DNA of 64,000 nucleotides from the human T2T-CHM13v2.0 reference genome, Homo sapiens. Positions 1-17,363 of this stretch are shown here, one piece after another. The notes under the pieces were generated by a model. That model worked only from the letters and a program-made list of their open reading frames with translations. It was not told the DNA's origin and did no database searches. Every line of letters starts with the position of its first letter. Within the stretch, counting starts at the first letter, position 1. The stretch lies in NCBI RefSeq assembly GCF_009914755.1, contig NC_060933.1; one strand, 5' to 3'. The translations under genes and the position numbers were made by a program.

Positions 1-95
1 TGCGGTGAGCCGAGATAGTACCATTGTACTCCAGCCTGGGTGACAGATAGAGACTCCATCTCAAAAAAACCCCCGAAAAACAAACAAACAAACAA
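1..95 (+). mobile_element. Alu 3' end with A/CAAA tail (cut by window edge)
   Basis: gagccgagat...ctccagcctgggtgacaga...ctccatctcaaaa. Confidence 0.9.
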
Positions 96-99
96 GTAG

Positions 100-270
100 A
101 GAGACTAATATGTACTTGGACTTGTGGATCTGAGCTTAGGGAGCGGTCTGTACTAAAGACCAGTTTGGGAGTCTTCAGTATAAAGTGGATAGTTAAAGCC
201 AGGAGACCAAAGAAGACAAAGATCCCAAGGAAGGAAGTGCTAGAAATATGCAGAAATGTTAAGAGAATGG
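100..270 (-). mobile_element. L2 LINE fragment
   Basis: tttgggagtcttcagtataaagtggatagttaaagcc resembles the reverse complement of L2 consensus; another piece probably at about 1150-1220. Confidence 0.6.
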
Positions 271-323
271 TGTCTTTTTTTTGTTCAGTGACCTAAAATC
301 ACCAGTTCCCTAAATCCTTTATA

Positions 324-636
324 TATTTTATTTTTTGAGACGGAGTCTTGTTCCGTTGCCCAGGCTGGAGGACAGTGGCGTGATCTCGGTTCACTGAGAC
401 CTCTGCCTCCCTGTGACCTCTGCCTCCCGGGTTCAAGTGATTCTCCTGCCTCAGCCTCCCTGGTAGCTGGGAATACAGGTGCGACCCACCACGCCCAGCT
501 AATTTTTTGTATTTTTAGTAGAGACAGGGTTTCACCATGTTGGCCAGGCTGGTCTCGAACTCCCGGCCTCAAGTGATCCGCTTGCCTCGGCCTCCCAAAG
601 TGCTGGGATTACAGGCGTGAGCCACCGTGCCCGGCC
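324..636 (-). mobile_element. Alu (S-type)
   Basis: Full dimer; approximate TSD ccctaaatc(c/t)ttta. Confidence 0.92.
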
Positions 637-689
637 CCTAAATCTTTTAGTATCCTTCCACACTGTACCATCGCTGACTTGGTCAATGT

Positions 690-1145
690 CCTGCAAATTT
701 CCCAGGTGCATTCTCCACCCTGTCTGGGTCCCCAGAGACTGACATGCAGGGATCTCATGAACCCTTGCCCTCTGGTTCTGATGAGATTTGCCACAAGGAT
801 GTTCTGAGTGATCAGAGGGCAGGAAACTGTACCTGCAGCTTCTCCTCACTGAGATGATACAGGTTGGCTGGGTCCTTGGACCAAAGGGCACAGCTCCAGT
901 CAGGCAGTGCCCCGCATGCAGCTAACCTCAGAAGTTCCTCATCTGTGAAATTCCTGGAAGGCTCCTCCAGCCCTGTGAGGCCTGGGGGCAACATCAGCTC
1001 CCCACTGTGACTTGCTCCAGGGTACTGAACCATCCTCACTGCTTTTCCTAAACTCTATCCGCCACGTTGTAAATGCTCCTTTTAATAACCGACCTTCCTT
1101 CAATTACTGAGTTTGAATGTGCTGTCTGTTTTCTGGCTCACAAGG
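690..1145 (+). mobile_element. Old ERVL-type LTR (LTR33-like)
   Basis: 3' part ctaaactctatccgccacgttgtaaatgctccttttaataa...gagtttgaatgtgctgtctgttttctg resembles the LTR33 3' end from memory. Confidence 0.5.
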
Positions 1146-2367
1146 TAAGCATTGGTGTTAGGGGTGCACTGCAGAGAAGGTCAGGTGAAGGAAGGATAAA
1201 AACAAAGAGGTCCACTAGGTAGAGCCTCGGAGCTTTTCCCGTACCTCGTCAGAACCTAGGATTTAGCGGAGTCAGAAAATGGAGCTGACAACTGGAAAGG
1301 CTGGGAAGGCAGAGACAACATCAGATTTAGAACAGTGCTCCTTTATAAGGGAATGTTTTCTTGTCTCTCTTTTGAGGTCGAGTTTCACTGTTTTAAGCGC
1401 CTCTTTGCAGTCAGTTTTATCTATCCAGCAATTTTTTGGTCTCTGCAAACCCAGGGGGAGCCCCTTGGGGCTTCGTTTTTCAGCTCTTGTAATGGACATA
1501 AGGATAGAACAGAAAAGAAGGGATCCAGGCTGTGGGAGAATTAAGAAGTAGAGCCAAGGACAGGGTTAGGGAAACTCTGGACCTTAGTGGAGAACGTATA
1601 GAAAATACAAGCGGGTTTTCTGAAAGCCACGCTTTCAGGGAGGACCCCCCAGAGACCAGAGCGTCAATTTCAAACCATCTGGGCTCAACTGTGCCCTTTT
1701 TGGAAGGCACCTCTGGTCCTGAAAGTCTTTATCGGGTGACTTCTCTGCGAAGAGAAAGATCCCATTTCCTAAGCCGGAGCACCGAGTTACGCAGTTTGCT
1801 GAAGAGATGCAGCCGCTCCCAAAAGTTTTACTTTGAGATTCAAAGACAGGAACAAAAAGAGAAAACCCCAGCACCAATTCAGAGCTGTACTCGAGGTTGA
1901 CGATCTATCTCTCCAGCACCTCTGAAAGTGAATGTTTTAACAAAGTGAAAGCTCCCTCCAGCTTGGGGCAATGCTGTGGGTGGAGACAGGAAATGCACAG
2001 AAGCCCAGCAGACAATGACAGGCATTGCCTGGGACATGTCACCTGACTTTCATATAAAATAAATCTCTGAAGACAAGAGTCTTAAAAAAAAAAGTCTTAT
2101 TTTAAAAACACGAGGGATGATTTTGATTGAAAAATCCATAGAGTGGTTCCCTTGCCACTCCTTAGTGTAAATATATAATAAATATGCATTTGTGTTTAAG
2201 GCACGGTGTGCACCTTGAATTTACTGGTAAGTTATCTCTCATGAAGACTGCTCAGCCACACCTCTCCCCACATTATTAAACCACTACCTGAAAACTGCAA
2301 TTATCATCGTACCATTTCATGGGGCTTAGGAGATTGTGGGTGATGCCCATCTTCCTTCCTTCCAGCC

Positions 2368-2667
<300 letters not shown>

Positions 2668-4329
2668 CCAGCCTTTTTCACAGTACCTGTCCCTCTATCA
2701 TTTATTTGGCCATAACATACGAAAAACTATCCGTGCTGGGGGATCCTTTAGGAAATTAAGGGAGGGAACAAAAGCCCTCCTTTGTGCTCTGTGCCTACCA
2801 TGACCTGAATAGCTGGGGTTTGTTTCTAGCTCTATCTTCGCTGCTTTCACCGGAAAAGCTATTTTAACAGTTACAAAGTTAAACAAATAAACCAGCTTTG
2901 CCAGATGTATTTGTTGTTTACCAACAATGGCCGAACATTTCTTTTCTGGACAGTGAGCAAGTGTGTGTCTAAAAAGTGTGCCTGCAAGCACTAAAGAAGG
3001 AGGAATTGTTCTCCGGACAAAGATAAAAAGTGCTTCTTTTGGAGCCATAGAATGAAGTCATCACAGCTCCTTTCTCTCCTATCAGAAAAGAGACAGGAAA
3101 TGCCATCTCTAGAGACCCAGAGAAATGCTTCTTACTTTCTGCTGTCATAAGATGCTTTTAGTTTCTTTTAAAACATAATAATAAGCTAAAACAAACAAAC
3201 AAACAAAAAAACCCAAACCCTAATAGTTTCTGGGGTGACAGCTACACTTACTTATTTCAACTTTTTAGTTGAAATAAAAGTCTACACAGATCAAATCACC
3301 CTTCAAATTTTTTAAAGAAATTTCCCAGTGAACAGAGGTGGCTGAGATTAAAAAAAAAAAAAAATCACAGAGAATCTAAAATAAGCAAGCATTAACTTTA
3401 AGAAAAACGACAATGGCAAAGCTTTTGAGACAATTTTACTGAACTGCAAGAAATCACAGACAGAACAGACAAACTCACACAAATGCTATGAGAATGTTTA
3501 GTATTCACACTGCAATTAGGTACAACAGCTGCTCATTTTTGCTATTTATATAGATATTAAACCATTAACAGTTAAAAGAGCAAAATATGGCACTGATGTG
3601 AGAACAGCCCTTTCAAAAAAAAAAAAAGTAGAAAAAAACATAAGAATAAACACTCAACTGAGAACAGTCAACCATCTGGAATTTTAAATAAAACTCAGAT
3701 TCCACAGATGCAAACAAAGAAACAAAAAGACTTGAAAAGGGCAAAGAAAGAGGGAGCTTCCAGCAAACATGCCTGTGACAAATCCTGTTTCCTCTAAACT
3801 CACAGCGTAGTAGTGGGTTTGAACAGGAGCAGCTTCCAAGTCTGAATCAGGACTCCCAGTTTTAATTGAGCTAGAACTCTAAGCGGCGTGGATATTTCTA
3901 TGGACCATGTGGCGTAATGGCAAAACGCCTTAGTCCTGTTCAAGTGGGTATGTCGTACCCCACTTAAAACCCAAACCAGAAACCAGAAACGTTCACTAAG
4001 GGACACACATTCTATTTTTACTTAGCAAGGCTTATTTTTCCAAGTTTATCCATAGTAAAAATACCTTCTTAATGAACGTGTTCGAAGTTTTCTAAATGCC
4101 TGCCTCTCAGAGGCATGCTCAGTTGCTTGACTTTACCCGTAACACTGAGCAGCATGAGGCAATGGGCCAGGGTCAGGCCTAAGCAGCAGCATTTTCCCTC
4201 CCTCCTTCTCTGGCTACTCCTCTGCTCACTGTTCCTCGGTTATTCTCACCCAGAAGGCTCCACATGCAGCAATGATCTTTTATCTGTTTTTCAAAGCAAT
4301 CCTGTCTTCACATTCCTTGAAATTCGCAT

Positions 4330-4438
4330 CCCTAGGCCGCAATCCCAGTACTTTGAGAGGCCGAGGCAGGGGGATCGCTTGAGGCCAGGAGTTTGAGACC
4401 AGCCTGGGTAACATGGTGAAACCCCATCTCTCTTAAAA
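4330..4438 (+). mobile_element. Alu left monomer (FLAM-like)
   Basis: aatcccagtactttgagaggccgaggc...gaaaccccatctct; the tail is replaced by microsatellites. Confidence 0.85.
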
Positions 4439-4486
4439 CACACACAGACACACACGCGCGCGCGCGCACACACACACACACACATA
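4439..4486. repeat. (CA)n(CG)6(CA)n compound microsatellite
   Basis: acacacacgcgcgcgcgcgcacacacacacacacacata. Confidence 0.95.
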
Positions 4487-4611
4487 GAAAGAAAAAGAAA
4501 AGAAGAAAGGGAAGGAAGTGAAGGAAGGGAGGGAAGGGAGGGAAGGAGGGAGGGAGGAAGGAAGGAAGGAAGGAAGGAAGGAAGGAAGGAAGGAAGGAAG
4601 GAAGGAAGGAA
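4487..4611 (+). repeat. Polypurine tract ending in (GGAA)14
   Basis: 14 perfect GGAA units at 4556-4611, preceded by a GGGA/GGAA/GAAA mix. Confidence 0.95.
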
Positions 4612-4988
4612 ATCAATCAAGAAATCTTAATTCCTCTCATGGAATGGCTCATTTTCTTGCCTGATCCCTTCTGAGGATATAAAGCTGTTACTTGCAGCAT
4701 CTGATACAGAAAATCTCCCATCAATAAGATTTTTAGATAGAGTGCCAGGGTGATCATCCCATGCTCACTGACATGCCCACTTGTGAACAGGGCTGCTCCA
4801 GGCACGAGGAAAGCTGTGTAAACAAAACAAAGTCCCCTGTCCCAGTGAAACTGAGTGGATCCAGAAGTAAGACAAACAGGGTAAAGGAATAAGGAGGGAT
4901 GGGTGTAGGTGAAGGTAGCTATTTTAGACAAGGGCAGTCTGGGATGACATTTGAGTAGAGACTTGCATAAAACGTGGGAGTGAACTTA

Positions 4989-5552
<564 letters not shown>

Positions 5553-5986
5553 TCAATGTCAAGCTGGCTGCTGCAGGGGGAGGCTGTTACACTTGCACTC
5601 TCTCTAAGGGAGAGCTGGTGGTGGCTCTGACATGGAGATGGACAGTTGGACCACTGGCCACAGGGTAAGCATGGAAGCAGAGAAATGAATTAGGAGGCTC
5701 AGCAGAGTCCTCTAGATGAGAGATAATGAGGCACAGGACTGGGGTAGATGTGGAAGAGGGGTGAGAAGTGCTTGGACTCAGAACATTTACTGAAGGCAGA
5801 GCCAGCTAGACTTGTTAACAGATAAGAGATGGTGTGTAAGAGAAAAGAGAAAAGCTCTGGGTGACTATGTGTTTGGCCAGAGCACCTGAGTGTAAGAAAA
5901 GGTGTCCCATTTATTGAGAACTGGAGGGAGTGCAGACTGGAATGGAACATGGATAAGGACTTTGGGGGATCAGAAGTTGGTTTTGG

Positions 5987-6279
5987 GGCCGGGAGCGGTG
6001 GCTCACGCCTGTGATCCCAGCACTATGGGAGGCAAAGGCAGGCAGATCAGCTGAGGACAGGACTCCGGGATCAGCCTGGCCAATATGGCAAAATCCCGTC
6101 TCTATTAAAAATACAAAAATTAGCCAGGCGTGGTGGCGGGTGCCTGTAATCCCAGCTACTTGGGAGGCTGAGGCAGGAGAATGGCTTGAACCGGGAGGCG
6201 GAACTTGCAGAGAGCCGAGATAGCGCCACTGCACTCCAGACTGGTGACAGAGTGAGACTCCGTCTCAGAAAAAAAAAAA
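5987..6279 (+). mobile_element. Alu
   Basis: Full dimer; TSD aagtt(g/t)gttttggg. Confidence 0.92.
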
Positions 6280-6627
6280 GTTTGTTTTGGGGTGGGCTAA
6301 CAGGGTCACTGCACTACACCACTCTGGAGCCATCATTCACACTTGCTGGACTCCAGTCCTCTGCTGACAAAGGTGCAATGGTGATGCTGTATTAGGCATC
6401 TAAGGAGAGATGTCAAACAGGTGGCCGAACAAGAATCATGTGAGATACGAAATGTGAGTCAAGTAATTCTCACAATTCCCAGAAGAAAAGGAAATCATTA
6501 ATTCTAGCTTGCAAAGGAGAAACACAAAATCCAAGATCACATTTCAAGCCCATGAAATGAAGAAAAGAATTTGAGTGTCCTGTTTACTAAGTATGTTATC
6601 CCATGAATGATAAAATTTAAAAAGAAA

Positions 6628-6732
6628 TTTTTTTTTGAGATTGGGGGGTGGATCTCACTATGTTGTCCAGGCTGGTCTTGAACTCCCCGGCCCTGAGCAA
6701 TCTTCCTGCCTCAGCCTTTCAGGTAGCTGGAA
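6628..6732 (-). mobile_element. Alu monomer fragment
   Basis: ctcactatgttgtccaggctggtcttgaactcc...gcctcagcc. Confidence 0.8.
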
Positions 6733-6865
6733 AACTTTTTTTTTTTTTTTGGCGGGGGGGTCACCAGACCAGTGGTTTTGCAGGTGAAACAACCACAGTG
6801 GTGAAAGGGCCCACTTTTAATGAACAGAATGCCACTTTTACATGTTCTTTCAAAACAAAGAAGAT

Positions 6866-7192
<327 letters not shown>

Positions 7193-8373
7193 CTAGATTA
7201 TATACATAAACTCCTTTTAGTTTTTGCTTTCCTTCATGCTAAGCTTTACCTATTTGCTGTCATCTCTTATAACAACATTTTGTTTTCCTAAATGTATTGG
7301 AGTCAGTCCATGCTGCAGAACTGGCTTATAGGAAATTAAGCCCCTTCATAAGATCCATAAATAGGACCTATTGAATATCTAACTTTGAAAAGAATGTTAT
7401 AGGTTTTAGTGCAGTATCCATTTTCAAACATTTCAGAAACCTCGCGAGTAGTTTTAAATGGTCAATTCTAAGTAATGTGGAGTCTGTAAGCATACAGGTC
7501 TGAGGTTTATAAACATTTTAGTGAGTCACTGAAAGTATTGTATAATTGTTTCCTCTAGAACTCTTCAGATAACTGCTGCCAAAAAGTGATTCTGCTTCTG
7601 GCCAACACTTTGTGAGTAATGAACCATATTTTCCACCTGCAGGGAGAAGTTTTCTTGGAATTCCAGAAAATGTTGGCAAGAACCTCCTGGTTCTCCTTCT
7701 GGAGCTATAAATCTTCACAAATTTCTCATATATGATTAGTGGTAATCGCTGTGGAAAAGCCCAGACGTACTCAAAGGCTGCAGCTACACCAAACAACCTC
7801 TAAAACTCTTTTCTTCAATAACTTGACTCAATGTTCAAAAGTTGCTGATAAGAGTACATTTACAGTAGTTCTTATGGAGGAATATATGTGTTATCAACTC
7901 TGAATTACCCACATCTCAGATAAGCTAATTCCACACCCATGTTGATCATTTCAGTGACATTTGGAAATCTATCTATAAGTCTGTAAATCTATTGATAATT
8001 CTATCTGTAATTCTACTATAATTATCTGAACATAAATTATCAGAGTTTTATCAAGAACCATAAATCATGTATGTTTAATCATGTATGCTTTGACCTCACA
8101 GTCTCACTTCTGGGAATTTAGTTTGGGGAAGTAATCTCAGCCCACACACAATGCAAACAGCTTTGGAAGTAAAGAGTTTACTGCTGTATTGTTTACACAA
8201 CTAACTAAGTAAATGAGTCAAAAACTGGTAATACCCTATAAATCAAACAATACACAATTAGGCAAATTATAACTTTGTTAGAACAATGCACAGCTACTAA
8301 AATTCCAAATATTTTTCTTTCTTTTTTAATATCTCTTCCAATAACTTTGAAAAAATTCCAATTATTTAAACTA

Positions 8374-8583
<210 letters not shown>

Positions 8584-8641
8584 TTAAATGGAGAATCAAG
8601 AAGAATATAAATTATAGCTATAGTAGGATTAATATTCCTAA

Positions 8642-9310
<669 letters not shown>

Positions 9311-9633
9311 TGAAAAATGAGGATTTTTGATTTATAAGGGATTGTGAGATTTTGTCCTTTAATTCCGTTTTAGTAATATTCTTTTTATATGCACCCCAAG
9401 GACTGGCCACTGATTCCATTATGTCTAAAGAGATGGCGAACATCTCACTGAAAATGCAATTGCCCTAAGTGGAACCCACTAGGTGAAGAAGCTATAGGAC
9501 CTCCTTGTCCAGGGCTTCCAGGACTGCTCATGTTTTCCTAAAGAGACAGATGCAGGCTCAGATGTCAGGCAAGGAAGAACCTAAACTGCTAAGTTCTTGC
9601 AGGGGGGAAAGGTTCTCTTTTTAGTGAATCTGC

Positions 9634-9943
9634 TTTTTGTTTTGTTTTGTTTTGTTTTGAGATGGAGTCTCACTCTGTCACCTACGCTTGAGTGCAGTGG
9701 TGCAATCTTGGCTCACTGCAACCTCCGCCTCCAGGTTCAAGCAATTCTCCTGCCTCAGCCTCCTGAGTAGCTGGGATTACAGGCGCACACCACCACACCC
9801 AGCTAATTTTTTTTTTTCTATTTTTAGTAGAGACAGCGTTTCACCACGTTGGTCAGGCTGGTCTGGAACTCCTGACCTTTTGATACGCCCACCTCCGCCT
9901 CCCAAAGTTCTGGGATTACAGGTGTGAGCCACCGCGCCTGGCC
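9634..9943 (-). mobile_element. Alu
   Basis: Full dimer; TSD gtgaatctgc. Confidence 0.92.
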
Positions 9944-10138
9944 GTGAATCTGCATTTTTTAAAAACCAACATTTTCACCAAAATGAGCCTACAGTTTTGT
10001 TCATCAGGAAAAACAATGGATATTCATAACATTAAAATGAACTGCGTTGTGATACAAAAATACAGTATATGTGCAGAATAAAAAGCATCTTTTCTCCTAG
10101 ATACTTAAGTAGAAGTAGTAATCCTATTTTACAGTTAG

Positions 10139-10588
<450 letters not shown>

Positions 10589-10833
10589 TAAACACAGCAA
10601 AATGTAGATAAAAAGTAATTTTCAACCAGTATTGTCCACTGAACTTGGACATTCTTTCTATATGCAGTAATGAGATCCAGCAGTAATCCTGTAAATTCAA
10701 AATCATCCCTTTGGGCAGCCAGGATTCTGCCGCTGTATCAAATGGCCCAATCTGTACTGTGCTGATGGTTAAGGATGGTACTTAAGTAAGGCATTATTTC
10801 TAGTCAGCCACGAAAAATAGTAGCTGGGTCTAA

Positions 10834-11612
<779 letters not shown>

Positions 11613-11659
11613 TGAGATTCTGCATTAAGTAACAGAATGATTACAGCAAGAGAAACTGG

Positions 11660-12100
11660 ATATGCAGCATCTATTTATCAGTATACTGGAACGTTGTGCT
11701 GGGAGGTTCATATTTGTCTCCTCATAATTGTCCCCACAACTTCCTAAGGTGGCTATAATCAGCCTCAGCTTACAGATTCCTAAGTGTATGCTCATAGAGT
11801 TTTCATAACCTGCCTAGGTCAGGGCTGCCAGGAATCCTGAGCAGGGTTGTTGGCTGGAAAGCTTGCATCCTTTCCTCTCGCTGCCCACCACCAAGCAGGG
11901 GGCTCCAGCTCTGTGAACACAGAACTTATGTGGCCTCTCCCTGTCTTTTAAGACAGACCTGAAGCATGCTGTCAGCCCCTCATCACAGCATAGTGGGAAG
12001 GCGACTGAGTCTGGCCTCAGAAAACCTGGATTTGAGCTCTAACTCTGTTATGCTGTGTGCGCCAATAATTAACCTCACCAGAAGACAGAAATGATAGCAT
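11660..12100. mobile_element. MIR fragments
   Basis: tttatcagtatact...ttgtgctgg...cagcttacagat and acctggatttgagctctaactctg core-SINE-like segments. Confidence 0.5.
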
Positions 12101-12217
12101 TCCACTGTTGTTTTAAGAATCATCCTTACAATAAAATAGTGTTTACTAAGTCAAGTCAGGGTAGCCAAAAGTAAAAGCTCTAAAGGAGAAATGTTGGTTA
12201 TTACGAGAAGGTCTTAA

Positions 12218-12874
<657 letters not shown>

Positions 12875-13165
12875 AAACAGCTCTTTTTCTAAGACTAGCT
12901 GCAGATGAGGATGTTCATACTGTTTACTCCAGCATCCTTGAAGGTATGTCGAAAAAAACTCACTGGAAAAAAAACCATGCCTACAAACACGCACTGCCCC
13001 GAGAGGGAAGCAGCCTGGGGACCCCCCAGCTCTGCAACAGAGCAACACACCCAGCTCACTGCACCTTCCTGTGCTCCAGGGTCCATATCTTGGGTAAAAT
13101 CTGGAGAACCAGCAGTCCCCATTGAGGTTAGCTATTATAATCTATAGCAAGCATGAGGCTAAACA

Positions 13166-13216
13166 CTCGGCCTCCCGAAGTGCTGGGACTACAGGCGTGA
13201 GCCACCACGCCAGGCC
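13166..13216 (-). mobile_element. Alu 5' fragment (about 50 bp)
   Basis: ctcggcctcccgaagtgctgggactacaggcgtgagccaccacgccaggcc. Confidence 0.85.
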
Positions 13217-13330
13217 TCCAATATTATTGGAATCATTTTTTAAATTACAGTGGTTAGTATACCATAATGCTAATTCATCATTTACTCATTCAAAATAATG
13301 GCAACGATTATGTAGAGAAAAGAAAAAACA

Positions 13331-13995
<665 letters not shown>

Positions 13996-14248
13996 AATAG
14001 CACAAATACACACATTTGCTTACTGATATTTGTTCTAATATTTCAAAAGGTTTCATGATTTTCTAAAATGTCATTTTAATTTAATAACAGAATGTTTCAA
14101 AAGAGCATGATGTTTACAGCTCCTCCCAACAGAACATCTGACTCAGAAACCTGTACTTGCAGTTCTTCTTAAAATAAAAGGAACACTATGTATTGCAAGA
14201 TATTTAATGTGTATCTGTACCACCTATAATTTATTCCATAAATTACTA

Positions 14249-14750
<502 letters not shown>

Positions 14751-14930
14751 TCAGGGTCCAGGGAAGCAGTCCAGGATCATGTTAAGATTTCTGGTATTTA
14801 TTTTATTATATTAGATATTTGTACTTCATTCTGAACCTTAGTATTCTGTTTCACTGCATCCTTTCTGTCACTAAAGAAATCTTTAATGAATGGTCCAGCA
14901 GAAACTGTCATCTAATTTAGGGCTCCAGTG

Positions 14931-15155
14931 CAGGGTTTCTCACTCTCAGCACTATAGACATTTTGGGCCAGGTCATTCTTCGTTGGGGAGCTGTCCTGTA
15001 TATTGTAGGAGGCTTAGCTGCCTCCCTGGCCTCTTCTCTCTAGATACCAGTAGCAACCCCTTAGCCACAATCCCTGAGACAACCAAAAGTGTCTCCAGAC
15101 ACTGATAAATGTGGCTGGAGTAGGGAGTAAAACTGTCCCTAGTTGAGAACCACTG
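14931..15155 (-). mobile_element. MER20 (hAT-Charlie non-autonomous DNA transposon), near full length
   Basis: Ends cagggtttctca... and ...ttgagaaccactg; internal acaaccaaaagtgtctccagaca and gacattttgggcc typical of MER20. Confidence 0.85.
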
Positions 15156-15319
15156 TGCTAATGTCAACAGATGAAGATTCATCTCAGTTTATTGGCATAT
15201 TGTTGTTTTAAACCAATGGGTTGATCTTAAGGCATTTATCTCTTCCTAACTTTTAAACCTATCCAAGGCCATATGCTACACATTTATAGTTTAGAAAGAA
15301 CTAAATTGAGACATTTTCA

Positions 15320-15630
15320 AACACCTTCCTGCCCAAGCGCCCTGGCTGCTCTCTATTGAATGCTTGTCCCAGGCAGGTCCTAATCATCCCTCAAGTCTTG
15401 TTAAGGCCTTAACTGCGAAGTCCCTTGGGAAGCTTCTTCCTGACCCCAGAGCATGAGCATATCAGAAATCCTATTATATGCTCTCATAGCACGTTCTACT
15501 CTTACTTTGTGGCAACTACCATAATTGCAATTAAATAATCACTTTTGTCATTATTACTTAATGTCTCCTCCATTTCAGCAGAAGCCATAGTAATCTTGTT
15601 GGCTCATGTATCCCCAGGGCATTAAAAGAA
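15320..15630 (+). mobile_element. L2 3' fragment
   Basis: tcccttgggaagcttcttcctgacccc...gtatccccagggc resemble the L2 3' end. Confidence 0.45.
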
Positions 15631-15637
15631 CTGTTGT

Positions 15638-15926
15638 GGCTGGGCTCGGTGGCTCACGCCTGTAATCCCAGCACTTTGGGAGGCCAAGGCGGGTAGATCA
15701 CGGTGGTCTGAGGAGTTTGAGACCAGCCCGACCAATATGGTGAAACCCCATCTCTACGAAAAATACAAAAAATTAGCTGGGCATGGTGGCGGGCACCTGT
15801 AATCTCAGCTACTGAGGGAGGAGAATCGCTTGAACCCGGGGGGCGGAGGTTTCAGGGAGTCCAGATCGCACCACTTCACTCGGGCCTGGACCAAAGGGTG
15901 AAACTCCATCTCAAAAAAAAAAAAAA
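15638..15926 (+). mobile_element. Alu
   Basis: Dimer with a small internal deletion. Confidence 0.9.
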
Positions 15927-16238
15927 TGTTATCACTGGCCAACGTGATTACTTTATTACTAGTAACAAATTTTTCCGCACTTCACATGCAATCGAAGTAC
16001 AATGATACAGACCATGGCTTAAAGATAAATCCCTTAAGACAAAATCATGACTAAGAATAGACTTTGAGCATCCATTTTTCTCTTTGGTTACCAACAAAAC
16101 CTATTTATGAAAAGACGATAATGGTGGCAAGAGGAACAATAAGGTTTGCTTCATTAGATAGCAATGAATGAGCTGAGGAAAAGAATGGATGTAACTGGGG
16201 ACATCTTTCCATTTTTTTGACCTACTTACAAGCACTAA

Positions 16239-16541
<303 letters not shown>

Positions 16542-16763
16542 TGATAAGTACTAATTTTAATACCATTTATTCCACAGAGCATACACCATATTATATTACT
16601 TACTTGTTTTTTAAATGTCTGATACCCTGAAATATATTTAAATTCCTCAAAGGGATGCATATTCCTTTGAATATGGGTCCACAGATGAGTTTCAGAGTGT
16701 CTGAAGGACCCTTGACATTTTACGTAGAGACCTAGAAACACTTTCTAGGAACAGGGTCTGTAA

Positions 16764-17068
<305 letters not shown>

Positions 17069-17215
17069 TGGGGTCCATAACTTTTATATGATTCTCAAAG
17101 GTATGAGTTTAAGACCCATAGTCTTATATGGTTTTATTTAATTTTAATCTTCTAGGGATATTCCCACTGTGTTTGGTCCATCTTTTAGGAAGAAAAAGAA
17201 TAAAGTTTTGCTTAC

Positions 17216-17363
17216 TGATTTCCTCTCCTGTTTCAGTTCCTGAACATAGCGTGCCAAGTCCACAATGATCTGTGATGCCATGTTCTCGGAGATAACTTCA
17301 TGCTGCCCTGCGTAATCATTCATTTCGTTCAGGTTGGAAATGAAAGCTTTACATGACGTATAC
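17216..17363 (-). CDS. FNBP1: FNBP1 coding exon 4, (K)[49 protein letters not shown]
   Basis: Acceptor TTCTGTTCCATAG|G, donor AAATCA|GTAAGC; 148 nt, phase 2 to 0; lies within ORF 17144..17386. Confidence 0.96.

Noticed and set aside
4291-4620. ORFs with LPSF repeats and CV repeats
   Set aside because: They are translations of the (TTCC)n and (TG)n microsatellites.
7518-7796. 92-aa minus-strand ORF in non-Alu sequence
   Set aside because: No recognisable domain, no supporting splice signals, and a length expected by chance.
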